From Andalucia godoyi And28 (taxonomy: Eukaryota; Protista; Jakobida): DNA of 64,000 bases. Numbering within the stretch: the first letter of the stretch is position 1; every line of letters starts with the position of its first letter. Positions 49,001-52,386 of the stretch are shown piece after piece. Both the position numbers and the translations under genes were made by a program. The stretch spans positions 257,507 through 321,506 of the forward strand of contig VRVR01000021.1 of the NCBI GenBank assembly GCA_009859145.1. Reading direction: 5' to 3'. The notes under the pieces were generated by a model that saw nothing but the letters and a program-made list of their open reading frames with translations, did not search any database and had not been told where the DNA came from.

Positions 49001-49602
49001 CTCCAGCCAAAGTCCAACGCACATCAGCTTCAACAGCGGATTCGCCATCTTCGTCTGCTTCCGCTTCTTTGCCGTCATCTCGCAATGCCAGCAGTGTGGA
49101 GCCGAATGCAACGCCGGCAAGACCTTTGGATCCGCGGTCGACTGCATATGGTCCGCGTCTGGATTCATCGATCTCACCATTGACCAAGCGCCCGATTGGC
49201 TATGTCCAGAACCCGGCCCACGGAATGAGATTGACGGAAATTCGTTCTGAACCGTTGTTCAATCCCGCCCCAGTTCCTGCTCCTGCTCGTGTCCCCGTTC
49301 CTACTTCATCTGTTCCGGCGGCCAAAATGCTTCCTCAGGGCGATGGAGTGGTGCGTCCGCATGGCAAGCCTACAGCAGGCTATGTGAAGAACAACGCGCA
49401 TGGCGTTCACATCGACGATGTCGAAGTGTCTACTGTGCCGATGCCTGCAAAGCGACATGTGAAGAAGGACGATGCGTCATCTTCGGCTGATGGTTCGTTT
49501 GCAAATCCCGCTTTTGGGAAGGAGATTGATTTGGAATCGGACCGTCTAAGTGACATATCGTGGGACGATGCCGATGCTTCAGGAGATGACGCCAAGTCTT
49601 GA
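25021..49602 (+). CDS. 8193-aa cell-surface multi-pass receptor/adhesin: signal peptide, Ser/Val-rich beta-solenoid, Pmp-like repeats, Cys-rich region, about 8-9 TM helices and a disordered tail
   Basis: Single 24.6-kb ORF with a hydrophobic signal (SLLAVLLFVLLLLH). DUF1565-like LYVSS...CGSFEIPCKSISFAL near 43090; many GGAI/FxxN repeats at 43400-45600; Cys-rich segment at 45980-46310; TM block at 46320-47470 with FGVLYSSY..KFFWYE...RR. Confidence 0.9.
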   Translation: MMLHRFSNHNRYSSLLAVLLFVLLLLHHRSLLVSSERWDATAGKAWAASTNNWNPKVIPNDFTKPVLFGALPNVGEIILIDAKYSAYSMTAWSTPASRKFSCSVALCGVTAAPTFGNFTINGWTFDGGSGAMTLALSDSPAASNFLSSGFAGSVSIAFSNTGLLTISPTTTLPTLSIASGTPLSLYSIANSPSVNSLTMTSAGITTFYGATLVTSVVQTGLGTFATVPGSLAITFQDSWQVLGSSPVFKFSTSMSIKTADLSIVGDINPSFVCDTLVNCNITASTIDFVAGSTVQLGAGFTLYLQALPYTDPAPLTFTGSGVLSLASTSVAVPTCSASNVQFSGSVSWGPCLQVTIGNLDLGTSGFSLSCPLQLNTKVTSSSQSAFVTASSVSVSSAAGSFVFANAAPLTMKSTVFMNGQSVSVMSDLSFPTLSITASQSWSCASAKCIITVGTLYLNGNVWILDSKTQLIVNSTITSSSGAYISVPLMFIGNSSSFSFFGSGSLQLSTLLSINTSTINTQPALQISTVNSMVLNYFRCSGTSTCSMEVGSMQVYSGSVSLDGGATLYLNNSLLSSGTFSVTGGSKVYLGSVLNSAFAISGVSKLLLQNPETIVRTSALTTSGDVYVDSLTVSGSQSWVCSGSVSSCRVFGGSVVASLTTWSIGSTLGFYANNSIQILSASTTIWGSSNIFLGNSSVSVFAISGLLYVRAQATLLSRSLSLNSDFLPDVLVLPMAGSGSGSQISCSVAVCRVVAGTVSTVSGTVSFAANVYLQLNSTLLTTDVSGSLSLWAGQLIFGNSSMFSVVNVGDLALKSSVISFRSSAFSFSGRVQADSVEVQPATQTWSCAVAGSCAVAMGELFLGSSILSATGVNEVIVNSSVSSVTGSQISVQQLRIGNSTSFRFSGSGVLRVVGPVAANVSTVYLTSAPSISTLQSMELAALVCSGTSTCSMEVGSMQVYSGSVSLDGGATLYLNNSLLSSGTFSVTGGSKVYLGSVLNSAFAISGVSKLLLQNPETIVRTSALTTSGDVYVDSLTVLSDQSWNCASVASCSVSLSRLDLGSFSLSWASDLHVLVNTSMSVASGFLSCGSPLTIGNVSNNFFFASTSSLRVSGSLVVSTQRVVASSSSFLLNVSSSVFGSQSSSVQNLTLRTSLLSFPAFSFLSPSVGIVDVVDVTVSDLVLSPLCSLSVGNLSVPSGMLILNQAALAVNLSMLVQTISVVHKGYLTTSAFTDVINVSKLSVSDQSVAVLKGTFHQSIPYGYCSNSSFLQIMEFSAVGGVSAFSTLRMESLCKLSIFSDVTFQNVLSFNSTTEVFAKSTVQLLSVFNNSVLLGDSQYTSAVLNFSGLNLVESVGLSVGNLNFVDENCDVSFSGGVNVTVSAVLSSSSPRVSTFGWFSITLLQDLPFQLAVQQDFSIHTNGSIRLSQRLGGSLSYSNMLFDGVVHCKGLQMIDVRNATFTRDSFVNGSLSVSNGYAVFFSVFNYSDISLMDSTASIVHTELDRAVPLVVSNKSVLSFSDVSRFPSPMFLSAFISNGSTVVFPPVSPTVLVVDLTLLASTMSWYGVSTAFSVLNTSDSRIAIGHSSVNVFSLTALNSTFVGLSNPTSCSILLNKTLDVGAANRLDMGCNLTLVAGLTLQDSGSFVLHNASSLFLQPYATVLLRRMNPLGSLFFSSSGNSLVVIPLSAQVVVDDCDGTLSIPIRSSGSLSVIGPSVLLIDNLWCSGPLSTVGVSSDSSVAFNQLLLSDFANFSSSSSSLSVGSMNVSSGILNLHAAAISVFSVQTALLNLDGIVSVQFLDLLKDSEFNVSSSNGQLSSNCSTGSLQFLMHSKIQLASGSRINTGCLILVDQSSVSSRAGSVSFRFYGPDGYLALLHNSSMDVVNTSMVISEDGLQGLTRLQVGSAESVDADYSGVSVGNGSIVSFDAGVSLSGTLDVGQCEVNILRNFRVANGTVFQHGFLESSSTVNVAGVLVVSGSRAQYVQQSGSISVSPLAFVEFQEKSLLRQESVFSLLLVHGFGVVRFVSSASFLSGQGVGLLNVTSNGAVFANTSTIVFGEVFVAGKNASLRITAPLDVLPACTIYATKVSVFADGVADFGDCASLIVAQSLLLSNSSVSVYGATVADFNVSGAGTRVLVGRSFRITRNSFVAPFSSLSVAYQLSTFANIFIGNLGQCSLSVEGGLSSMTVQSHALLLTECSLGANGSLHLDVSSSVVLSSAWIRMESGGSMTMSPGSEVAAAIPTSDSGIFVSSGSSSSTVDNGLLTINNASLAVPFVIEGNFTVCGSGATRLRKDGSVRGINGRLFLCPSVEVFMDDSLSIGGGATFTAGASSVVNVGALHNLSISNSTVSLDSNSQIRLRGDGLVFGNSSIVGNGSVVLYGSRLSVFGSDTISLYSLALPVDGSVFSVSSVLSGVSISQLSILTASVADMTNVTVSVFFGGVSLMNGGSLLLSNASAGTLSASDFDLYISKEFRVDNDITLNGNVSISGLKGCLLAGHANVTVSDAFVRMMCNLWFSNRLNVTNSVVSHGGSLNSSYAAGSFIAVRSVWNASEGHGWDVSASVVAEQSQLRLAASGTSRLGTSVSLSDSSVHFIGGDVLSGPWTMHSSVLSSPSCLSMSFSSFDIMNSTVSVGCRMLFSSFSNASMSELTFFSGGMLSNSLFLDRSVLTSNGSVYSGETKIQSSRMEVFDCDSVRVASIQARNSTIYSSCTLNVSSTLDLYSSGVGVSYGGLLAGPMSGNLSTLSVVGSVVADDVSLLDANMIVYGCLATTFSSLSVLRSQMVVNCSVSVQSLTSVSLSNFTVEFGNFSSSSSTLLSSALFVSGGSVQGGSAVWNVTTVQVLGCSKVQYGTLRIESTSVRIQCPFGISNELSASASNITVQSGGLTTGSVIGGNSQLLVNGTVLSGMTTWTSSNLVVRHCSLVSLQNAVFSDAFVDVDCSFSVLDFINASRSVVTVQGLSSVFSSGSLFSNSSSFHLPEAADILDFASVRDSYVSATSGSSLLRVSSLFAAGTVTVSNSQIVVSKFLNFSTSSLFMDNSTMDVAGLLTSNARLTIMDVGTRNSLLVLRSSSSSTFSSYFSESCSARFLLDVYAAGSISVQNCSLYSNMSCTVAGNLSLMQSNFSMDSGVFLGNGSVDLRGQSHSLFSLCNLTFNGSIMISDSSGFSAFGGELQLFGHTRLSANSTLFVSPSGSAQFGSLSAEKRSSVSFLSAAYPIVGTTDISESSTLQFSQCSKVTFAVVYVSTSSLISDCDILASAAASFVNASVSAAASTISVESAGAMALSAAVKFTNLLVNASKQLEFMQNTFLDLWNSSVALTGTHVSSSPSFMTSIRGFGFGSALLSSAVWMSNQSSLSLSNVEFVVLNSTLQLSEVSLSTASVRVAESSSLIFTNISVVQSTLNLSTSSSASVLRASLLSSLVDVASPGSLSVSSMLVLSNSSCAITGRLSLNSASAQVLTDSSLIIKFSALQDLSLDVLEVTRSTLSMSGVLSLQQRLVSLHSSPAFSVSAESIATSGLSLYNSTASVASSLLSAENLNVSFSQFSSTGQTNCTGVYLQASNYSSMGGAVFGNALFSTTGSVMIVDTAVTVANSSTVVSPMDLRLLNSSLTSAGSWKFDSDANITCLDTASSIKYSGITEGVSKRVSIRCTSTVSGAFSLFSNSSLYFTHLIVTGKLSLYNSSFVVASVLTGSGEIDFYRSSALMESTASVVFAGSVFERDSSTLVFANGSSVVSPLGRFYLSDGSTAVQNATSSVFFGTISSRDDGSIFRFRGSVLLTVSSVIARDGGVVIIESCRQYSFGEVDTNGNGLIALCGGSSSATLAVDNGVFEFCDPLILKNNASFLIGNGGNGSVIIRPTPSCPSASIVIEKGAQLLLQAQEVLLFVDVFINGYMQASSGNNTFVNSFFSNDSSSTLCTSSSLMTFSGPSTISGVTNFMSPFVNFGFSRSLFRGNLTVTGCLKMQRENAEFSEHYSSAVVSCIIVNDSTLLLNHTSFSVQSSFVSRGSSITIVWSNFSVPTIVSLQSSSGFSFNDSNILVPINSSWTVDASRVSLRSTYVEQHGYILISGNSSDVSLFNSTIGSSISEFDMSTCSFSSQFTKISISRVQLFNSRASFALSPVFAEILQFSGNSIMSSDSVVEMREAWIADGTLLGTGADAVFRVSSSLDLQMRLPVYLISAVLEVAGSGLVSGSSTLYFAGESSLNIKGNLTVASSVSFLSSSAQAISSMLVEKTAFLVVANSSFICEVPVFVTGQMSVNQNVSVVLRDLSLFGSVSVVGDPYVPTSMVLTGAFAGDGRIGLLNSYFTLSNASKVNFPGSLFAASSFLFAQSSNVTFFGNMSLRYGSKLDYRNVSLGTISLFSLFDNSSAVFLDSAVRDVDFLSVILAGNATMTLNYRNPSVSRISLHDYASLFVSASDVHMNDVSLSNHSLVDMSQVANSSIQSLYMTHAPSFIESTHSSIYNSIFMGGVFSCNGSARFENSSVFDVAERFELRSCVVDAFHSSVFRKGVVVLSDSALLRFFDSAVFLQGGIAATNDASHVIFAAGASAIVLDSSFYLFDCNVQVLGNLSVVHSVANFSAALNVSGYLQISSDSDVASVSSVYTEVGSVVSMMNSSLQIVRDSRLQGRLAISGSLLHFGPTSRSYGSGILEISEKSFFNVSGFLSMPNATFLVLNKSDVRLQQTSVVAEQFGSSMTLHNSAMEVHSHAPVRFSSLGLYAASSAVFSSLYDITGFFLETGGQSTIQTFDTLSFSVLSVLSGSVSCENNSMVTIQNASLSGESVGRFHNCPIVVNDFSVPSAIADLGFENSSIEITHQLRVSNSSFFLHCDTLSLVSLTSSWIIHEASSVIWNCSVKSAIGSHGSMLSSQVSLYGSYVFNGTIVIDSGSEVLVSSRVDANKNVSVFNSRFVLNTTASLSMFDQSMTVMNSSVVLLPGSSLFSDGRIGFEDSTFKAAGLMDVSTCSFEFVLSSANLTSSASAALLMGRSFSIWNSTLYSSMPKLDFVTFSAVGPLSALTMVSSHVSAVQCLLEDIGMWTIASSDVALTNVTLTSPGGIVSVRNSSIVVRNMLFAGAVVQCDNARVIYGQFVVSGIHSKFSTCRVSVENSTDFLTSSLLTLDNSTLWTHGLTRILPDVRIAGGRSSLILSDFGVFQGPGVVVDVDVFALNVSDVNVLHSVSVFGRVELHGRIFMNDSSSLLLHGGGSVLGTIAAAQNSSLNVSDCRLPLLFDVDSRVLGLPYLISVNCSLESKGYVDVDRLQSLASIINIRSTSTFISNVSSLTSSFLGDYGTLRMNQITGLHDRSNFVVGLGGVLRLPFNFSVSTSSVFVAVYDSTLLSQSHTSVVCIGANMSILAHQELAIEHLNVVSSHFVIGSNTSLTAAAVSVSSQSNVSISGSIKITDSFSFFSGRIYGTGFFRLYGASRLLSEGSKIFSATVVTVFGNMTFGAAEDLYLSGGSSLTIAMSGWLLYPTGVSVRPGDTLSGTLTIQGGLRGMGDNSSIAFEVPVDTARNASFLISYSSVTFDEAVVIANSVNQSSGQLIFNGGGSFVVVASDERPFVASSGLLRFAGSDSSYVVSYGYDVYSYGVLEFDAFQFTTTGNLFTYSTVSAYSGTINFGDFRSLDLSTIVLSQELNFVGGQTKIVGEIQLFGSLVVGSDNVVASMEFVAGGQLLRNELSILVRRLGTLSFNSDSEGSIVNVKSVKVQGTLNFNSGQNVQISDLYLAGGVVVADRDMLVRNSFIWEDGTLLGSGQTKNFGILNFTTDGFKFFDTRTILNFNYTEITGNPLFRFRRGAQFINNGTLNIRSGFILQAGTTDDASHVVNGKSGVMFVNPGPGGIFDCQSLVVNDGTIRIGAGVFQLSQGGFLRQDAGTLALNGGLLRVVSDSFVFGVQINGGSIQSPGTIEANVLNAYGLLDLSSTVNIVGVYEQDLDADMKVTINDRQLFGFLNVSASVWLRGSLIANVFNDSFVQENRDMTFVFMRYARIGQDVEPLMNDFRRILGCNGFLRADKFATSYSVTIIQYTEIGQLYVSSAQTASDASCCGSFEIPCKSISFALETVLDGKTIVLMPGVFRVGSPNTNVQITAPNKAFSIVAFSPQATVLDCESHGPFMIFSHQSVSALSGFIIRNCSSDQGGALRVISGAYPMISNMIFDSNRSPSGGAIFVEDATPMISNSTFISNSADNGGAIFISGAASRVSIFDAYMSENMADVSGGHVSVQNSGALEMQRSVLSKGYSVTSGGCFSCESASNCSFSETSFIMCSSFDGGAGSVVLASANLSACHFISNQALGTVLSDGAPTVGGGAMSLSEASFVCSSTVFSKNNATYGGCLFLLKLSGSTSLIRSSVFLDNIGTYGGAIYVYESAINIAGSQCSNNTALNSGGCVSASLSTVVVRLSEFLSNRASGLGGAVYVFRLDVGGFSIFDSQLSKNFGTLGGALAADTSPVVLHNCILDDNESVEFGAGLYLKSSQVDTTLCSLRRNKCQSSGGGIYVESGSTLAVNASSFEANQASVYGAGFYVSASSITLQSSVFLNQVSRFGGAGYAVSADTSVSNCSFANMTASSQGGSLFVIASTVKIVDSSFSTSSSQESGGGIHAISCTFTVTSSVFSTCSSGTGGAVFVDSSECVFNLTTLSANQATDGGGLFSVLSSVSMAQVTLQRNAVSNRGGGVYCLSSKIFDLSSSFFAGNNATSSGGAAYVEKCPATLKDSVLDGSSSPVGSGLHLVFGSTAKVTRSTFVGNQGDTGGGIYCDACSDLVVLNSSFIRNSVKKFGAGIADIRGVSVLTIQGTRFHENAAATRGGGLYLSDVSALVNDTEFTTQSAGEGGGLFFTLSSSSVGQLWLTKSTFQNNTASFGCGGGFCWDVLEPFYDNFTKQSMIGNTGVYGPNIGSAPKKLSTAMNVSQPQRSGEQFTEVLNVDVLDFYDQVVAIDNGTVVSVEPATLSTIISGARTAATVNGRATFSGIGVVAKPGSSVNIKFVQTVLDADSTSVSVSPCNAGETELESLCRSCASGFYNLNADLYCVPCPSEGTLCPGGNVTKSIADWWLWRYPNRVVPYRCPDKYCLADNICGANRIQSEDNVLCSRCIKDHINWGQDCVECTEVNGGLVFAAIVVCWAYIIVLLVVGQSDSGMFKIFMYFAQTLQLIIPTTVRNGFVDLLGLANLRVQESAGGACLAPLDFFGKSLFNVLIPLFLLFLLVLTWLLNAIWTAVEQRVKRAAKFLSMVVYYRSVSAASSYIWKEKMEYERTMTEEKRLEMVRTAAVNRSKRLALYVYTFAFLLLFSYSTISLTVLEFVNCRQVEDLTLVTSQPEVSCDSDSYRAWLTVYVVLLAVIVVGAPFLLLGFLLWSWRKQKLAEESFKMHFGVLYSSYRLKFFWYESVFMIRRTIITSFFVLFYDEPPTRSFTLACVCIVFLAVHVAMRPFLYIRDNIAETASLLAIAVIAGLASSEWLTAAPSSATVVFIIFVCLPFVVWGALGLYIVFAVVHVVVRKRQGRPLPADYYAPRLQGASKNVKYVYLSGNATRAKGIPFVIAEGASEDGSADASKPADKLDQGFAFRGLGADEMQEYSNPVYRSKAVMYSDDETSNNFDPRSMLPQYSKRRFGLYANPLFGRTVYVDNDQPGIVYQGGTLSPTLRPFVPQSNSASRHPGPPVPQFSRQSAQNASKTAQPALRTTQEPLLIRNSTQSAHGWFLNPLPLAKNAVVVVENSTPYGESAGEPHVILHGPTLLPDVTSEPKFALPPTVASSSPQSPPIPAIIGGTSFGAGTQKAAFYRNAAHGKDIDVDASADVVYSNNSSTPPSSNAASSLLSSTPPLLTSSLTSPSSSPPVSSSLLHPSNVNGSSSSTRLLSSSLPMPNPARLSQVSTSSSTSSAEFEAAVPKPLPSGPSFGRGIGRESVGYFKNAAHGQDLDFLEAPLPLAPPALIEQPSKKSKKTRKDSSSSSSRTFIGPPPSTSVFIGPRPSSVARPTEIRKAALMGNPVYGMPIAEVMSEPLYATAPPPAKVQRTSASTADSPSSSASASLPSSRNASSVEPNATPARPLDPRSTAYGPRLDSSISPLTKRPIGYVQNPAHGMRLTEIRSEPLFNPAPVPAPARVPVPTSSVPAAKMLPQGDGVVRPHGKPTAGYVKNNAHGVHIDDVEVSTVPMPAKRHVKKDDASSSADGSFANPAFGKEIDLESDRLSDISWDDADASGDDAKS
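26634..26916 (+). repeat. 283-bp intragenic duplication, copy 1
   Basis: Compared line by line: identical to 27846-28128 (offset 1212 bp, in frame). Confidence 0.95.
27846..28128 (+). repeat. 283-bp intragenic duplication, copy 2
   Basis: Identical to 26634-26916. Confidence 0.95.
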
Positions 49603-49922
49603 TGTGTTTGAATCATATATATACATATACATATTTAATATTTTATTTTGGTTTTGTTTTGCAATGAGGATAGTGATGGTGACGGAGACCGCCGTGCCAC
49701 CCACCGCTCTTGACCATTGACGGAAAGAAGACAGCGTGTGTGCTCGCTGAACGGGAATGTATCCTCTAAATCCCCTCGTATTTAAGAGTGGAGCGGGTGG
49801 GATGATCAGAAAAATGCCGACTGTAGTAAAACCAAATGGTAAAAGGCAGCAGAAAGTCAGTGCCCCGCAAGTTGATTTTACTTAAGGTCAGGCATCAAGT
49901 GGGTACCAACTATCTTCACGCG

Positions 49923-49963
49923 AAACCCTAGCTTAACCCTGTTCTTCCGCGATTTCAAACCCT
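49923..49963 (+). promoter_or_regulatory. Telo-box-like motifs upstream of EFL
   Basis: AAACCCTA (49923-49930), TTAACCCT (49933-49940) and AAACCCT (49957-49963), about 200 bp before the EFL ATG and ahead of a long pyrimidine tract. Confidence 0.35.
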
Positions 49964-50145
49964 TCCTCCAATCGTCAAAAACATTGGAAAAAATTTCTCC
50001 GCTTTCGCCCTTTGGGAGTTTTCGCTCTCTTTTCTCCTTTTCGTTTCAGTCCTTTTCTCTTCCTTTTCCTTTTCCTTTTCCTTCTCCTTCTTTTCCTCTT
50101 CTTGGTTCCAATTGTGATTTTTGGTTTCCTTGTTTACCGTTCACC

Positions 50146-51534
50146 ATGTCTGCCACTCAGGATAAGAAGCACATGTCCGTCGTCATCTGCGGACACGTCG
50201 ACTCGGGAAAGTCGACGACCACGGGTCGCTTGCTGTATGAGCTCGGAGGTATCCCCGAGCGTAAGCTTGCCGAGTTGAAGAAGCGCGCCGACGAAATCGG
50301 AAAGTCGTCTTTCTACTTTGCCTTCTTCATGGACACGACCAAGGACGAGCAGGAGCGTGGTATCACCATCCACTGCCAGACCAAGGAGTTCTTCACTGAG
50401 AACTTCCACTACACCATCATTGATGCCCCGGGCCATCGTGACTTCATCAAGAACATGTTGTCTGGTGCCTCTCAGGCTGATGTTGGTATTTTGATGGTTC
50501 CCGCTGATGGTGGTTTCGGAGTCGCCGTCCAGAAGGGAGATCACAAGGCAAACGAAATCCAGGGACAGACTCGCCAGCACGCCCGTCTGCTCAACTTGTT
50601 GGGAGTCAAGCAGCTCATTGTTTGCGTCAACAAGATGGACGAGAAGCAGGCTGCCAACTACCAGGAGGCCCGCTACATCGAGGTTCGCGACGAGATGCGC
50701 AACATGTTGAAGGCCGTTGGCTGGAACAAGGACTTTGTCCAAAACAACGTCCCCGTTCTCCCCATCTCCGGTTGGGTTGGTGACAACTTGATCAAGAAGT
50801 CCGAGAACATGCCGTGGTGGAACGGTATGGACGTCAAGACCTATGACAACGCCGAGACCGTCAAGGTTGTCACTGTGTTGGATGCCCTCAACAACTTTGC
50901 CCGCGTCCCCAAGCGCTCTGAGACTGCACCTGCCCGTGCCCCGATCTCCGGAGTTTACAACATCAAGGGAGTTGGAGATGTTCTGACCTCGCGTGTCGAG
51001 CAGGGATCTTTCAAGCCTGGTGATGATGTCGTCTTCGTTCCCTCGGGATGCGCCGGACGTATCTTCTCCATCGAGATGCACCACAAGAAGGTCGATGCTG
51101 CCGTTCCGGGAGACAATGTTGGTTTCTGCGTGAAGGGTCTTCCCAAGGAGGAGAACGCCAAGCCCAAGGTCGGAGACGTTATGGTCCTCAAGTCGGACAC
51201 CTCTCTCAAGGCCGCCAAGAGATTCACCATCCAGGCTCAGGTTCTTGACCACCCGGGTGAGCTGACTGTTGGATACTGCCCGGTTGCCTGCGTTCGTACC
51301 GATCGCTCTGCCGTCCGTGTCGCCGCCATCAACTGGAAGATGGGAAAGGAGACTGGTGGACAGAAGGTCGAGAACCCCGCCAACGTCAAGGCCAACGAGG
51401 TTGCCGAGATCGTTCTCGAGCCCGTTCAGTCCCTCGTTGTCGAGCCGTACGACAAGTGCGAAGGTCTCGGACGTGTTGCCATCATGGAGGGTAACGGAGT
51501 TGTTATGCTCGGAAAGGTTACCAAGGTTGAATAA
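50146..51534 (+). CDS. EFL: Elongation factor-like GTPase (EFL), functional analogue of EF-1alpha
   Basis: GHVDSGKST, ERGITI, DAPGHRDFIKNM and NKMD GTPase motifs, plus the EFL-diagnostic segment VPADG...QKGDHKANEIQGQTRQHARLLNLLGVKQL. No EF-1alpha Lys-rich tail. Strong C/T third-position codon bias. Confidence 0.93.
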   Translation: MSATQDKKHMSVVICGHVDSGKSTTTGRLLYELGGIPERKLAELKKRADEIGKSSFYFAFFMDTTKDEQERGITIHCQTKEFFTENFHYTIIDAPGHRDFIKNMLSGASQADVGILMVPADGGFGVAVQKGDHKANEIQGQTRQHARLLNLLGVKQLIVCVNKMDEKQAANYQEARYIEVRDEMRNMLKAVGWNKDFVQNNVPVLPISGWVGDNLIKKSENMPWWNGMDVKTYDNAETVKVVTVLDALNNFARVPKRSETAPARAPISGVYNIKGVGDVLTSRVEQGSFKPGDDVVFVPSGCAGRIFSIEMHHKKVDAAVPGDNVGFCVKGLPKEENAKPKVGDVMVLKSDTSLKAAKRFTIQAQVLDHPGELTVGYCPVACVRTDRSAVRVAAINWKMGKETGGQKVENPANVKANEVAEIVLEPVQSLVVEPYDKCEGLGRVAIMEGNGVVMLGKVTKVE

Positions 51535-52386
51535 ACTCATTTCCTCGTACAGGTTTGAGTGAACACACATTGTCCTCATTCATCATGCATCATAAATTTC
51601 GTTGTCTTTCCGGTTCCTTGTTTGATTTCTTCTGCAACCCAGTCGCCAAGCGCCACGTTGTTGAGGTGGGGGGGGGGGATGTTTTTGAGAGCTATAATGA
51701 GATCTTGTGGACGCACACGTACTCGGCGAACAACAGAATTAGAGGATCACCAATGCGTCCCTTCCCAATCAAACGGATCGTGTTGTTGTTACCAGCGAAA
51801 TGACGAAGCCGGCTTCACGATGCTAGAGAGTATCAGCCCCTGCTTGATCCCCGCATTAATAAAGTACCAGCTTGCAACCATCCAAAAATGATGATCTTCG
51901 GTGCGACTGATAGTCATCTCTTCTTTTTTTTTCTGGCAGTAAAAGCAGGGCAATCATCGAAGACATCTTGTAGGACACACCGGCTGCGTTGCCACGACCC
52001 CAAAGTGGAGCGGGGCGATGCTGTGGAGCTGCGAATGCGGCCCAGTCAGAGAGGTTGAAGAAGACAGAAGTACAGCTTGACAAACATCGTCAATTAAACG
52101 TCTTGAATATCTTTTGAACACGGTGAGGACCCTGGCTGTGGATGCTGTTTGCTTTTAACTATGCTCCGGATTTGCGATGCTCCCCAACATGTCCCGAAGT
52201 ACAGTTCATCGACCGTGCATGCATCGTATGCACGCATAGACGGGGGTGGAGGAAACAGCTCAAACAAGACGAGAAAACTGCAATCATATGCTACACACGT
52301 ACAAACAACCGTGCCGAAATTTACATGACTGGTAATATTATTCAACAAAATAATAATAATAATAATGAACACACAGACGGGAGGGG

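Noticed and set aside
25101-49187. Numerous 60-230 aa overlapping ORFs within the giant gene
   Set aside because: Shadow ORFs of a Ser/Val-biased coding strand.
49660-49752. Possible box C/D snoRNA (ATGAGGA...CTGA); a similar ATGATGA occurs at 51888
   Set aside because: Imperfect boxes, no terminal stem and no recognisable rRNA guide.
50134-51579. 481-aa antisense ORF over EFL
   Set aside because: It mirrors the EFL codons; strong C/T third-position bias removes antisense stops. No protein motifs.
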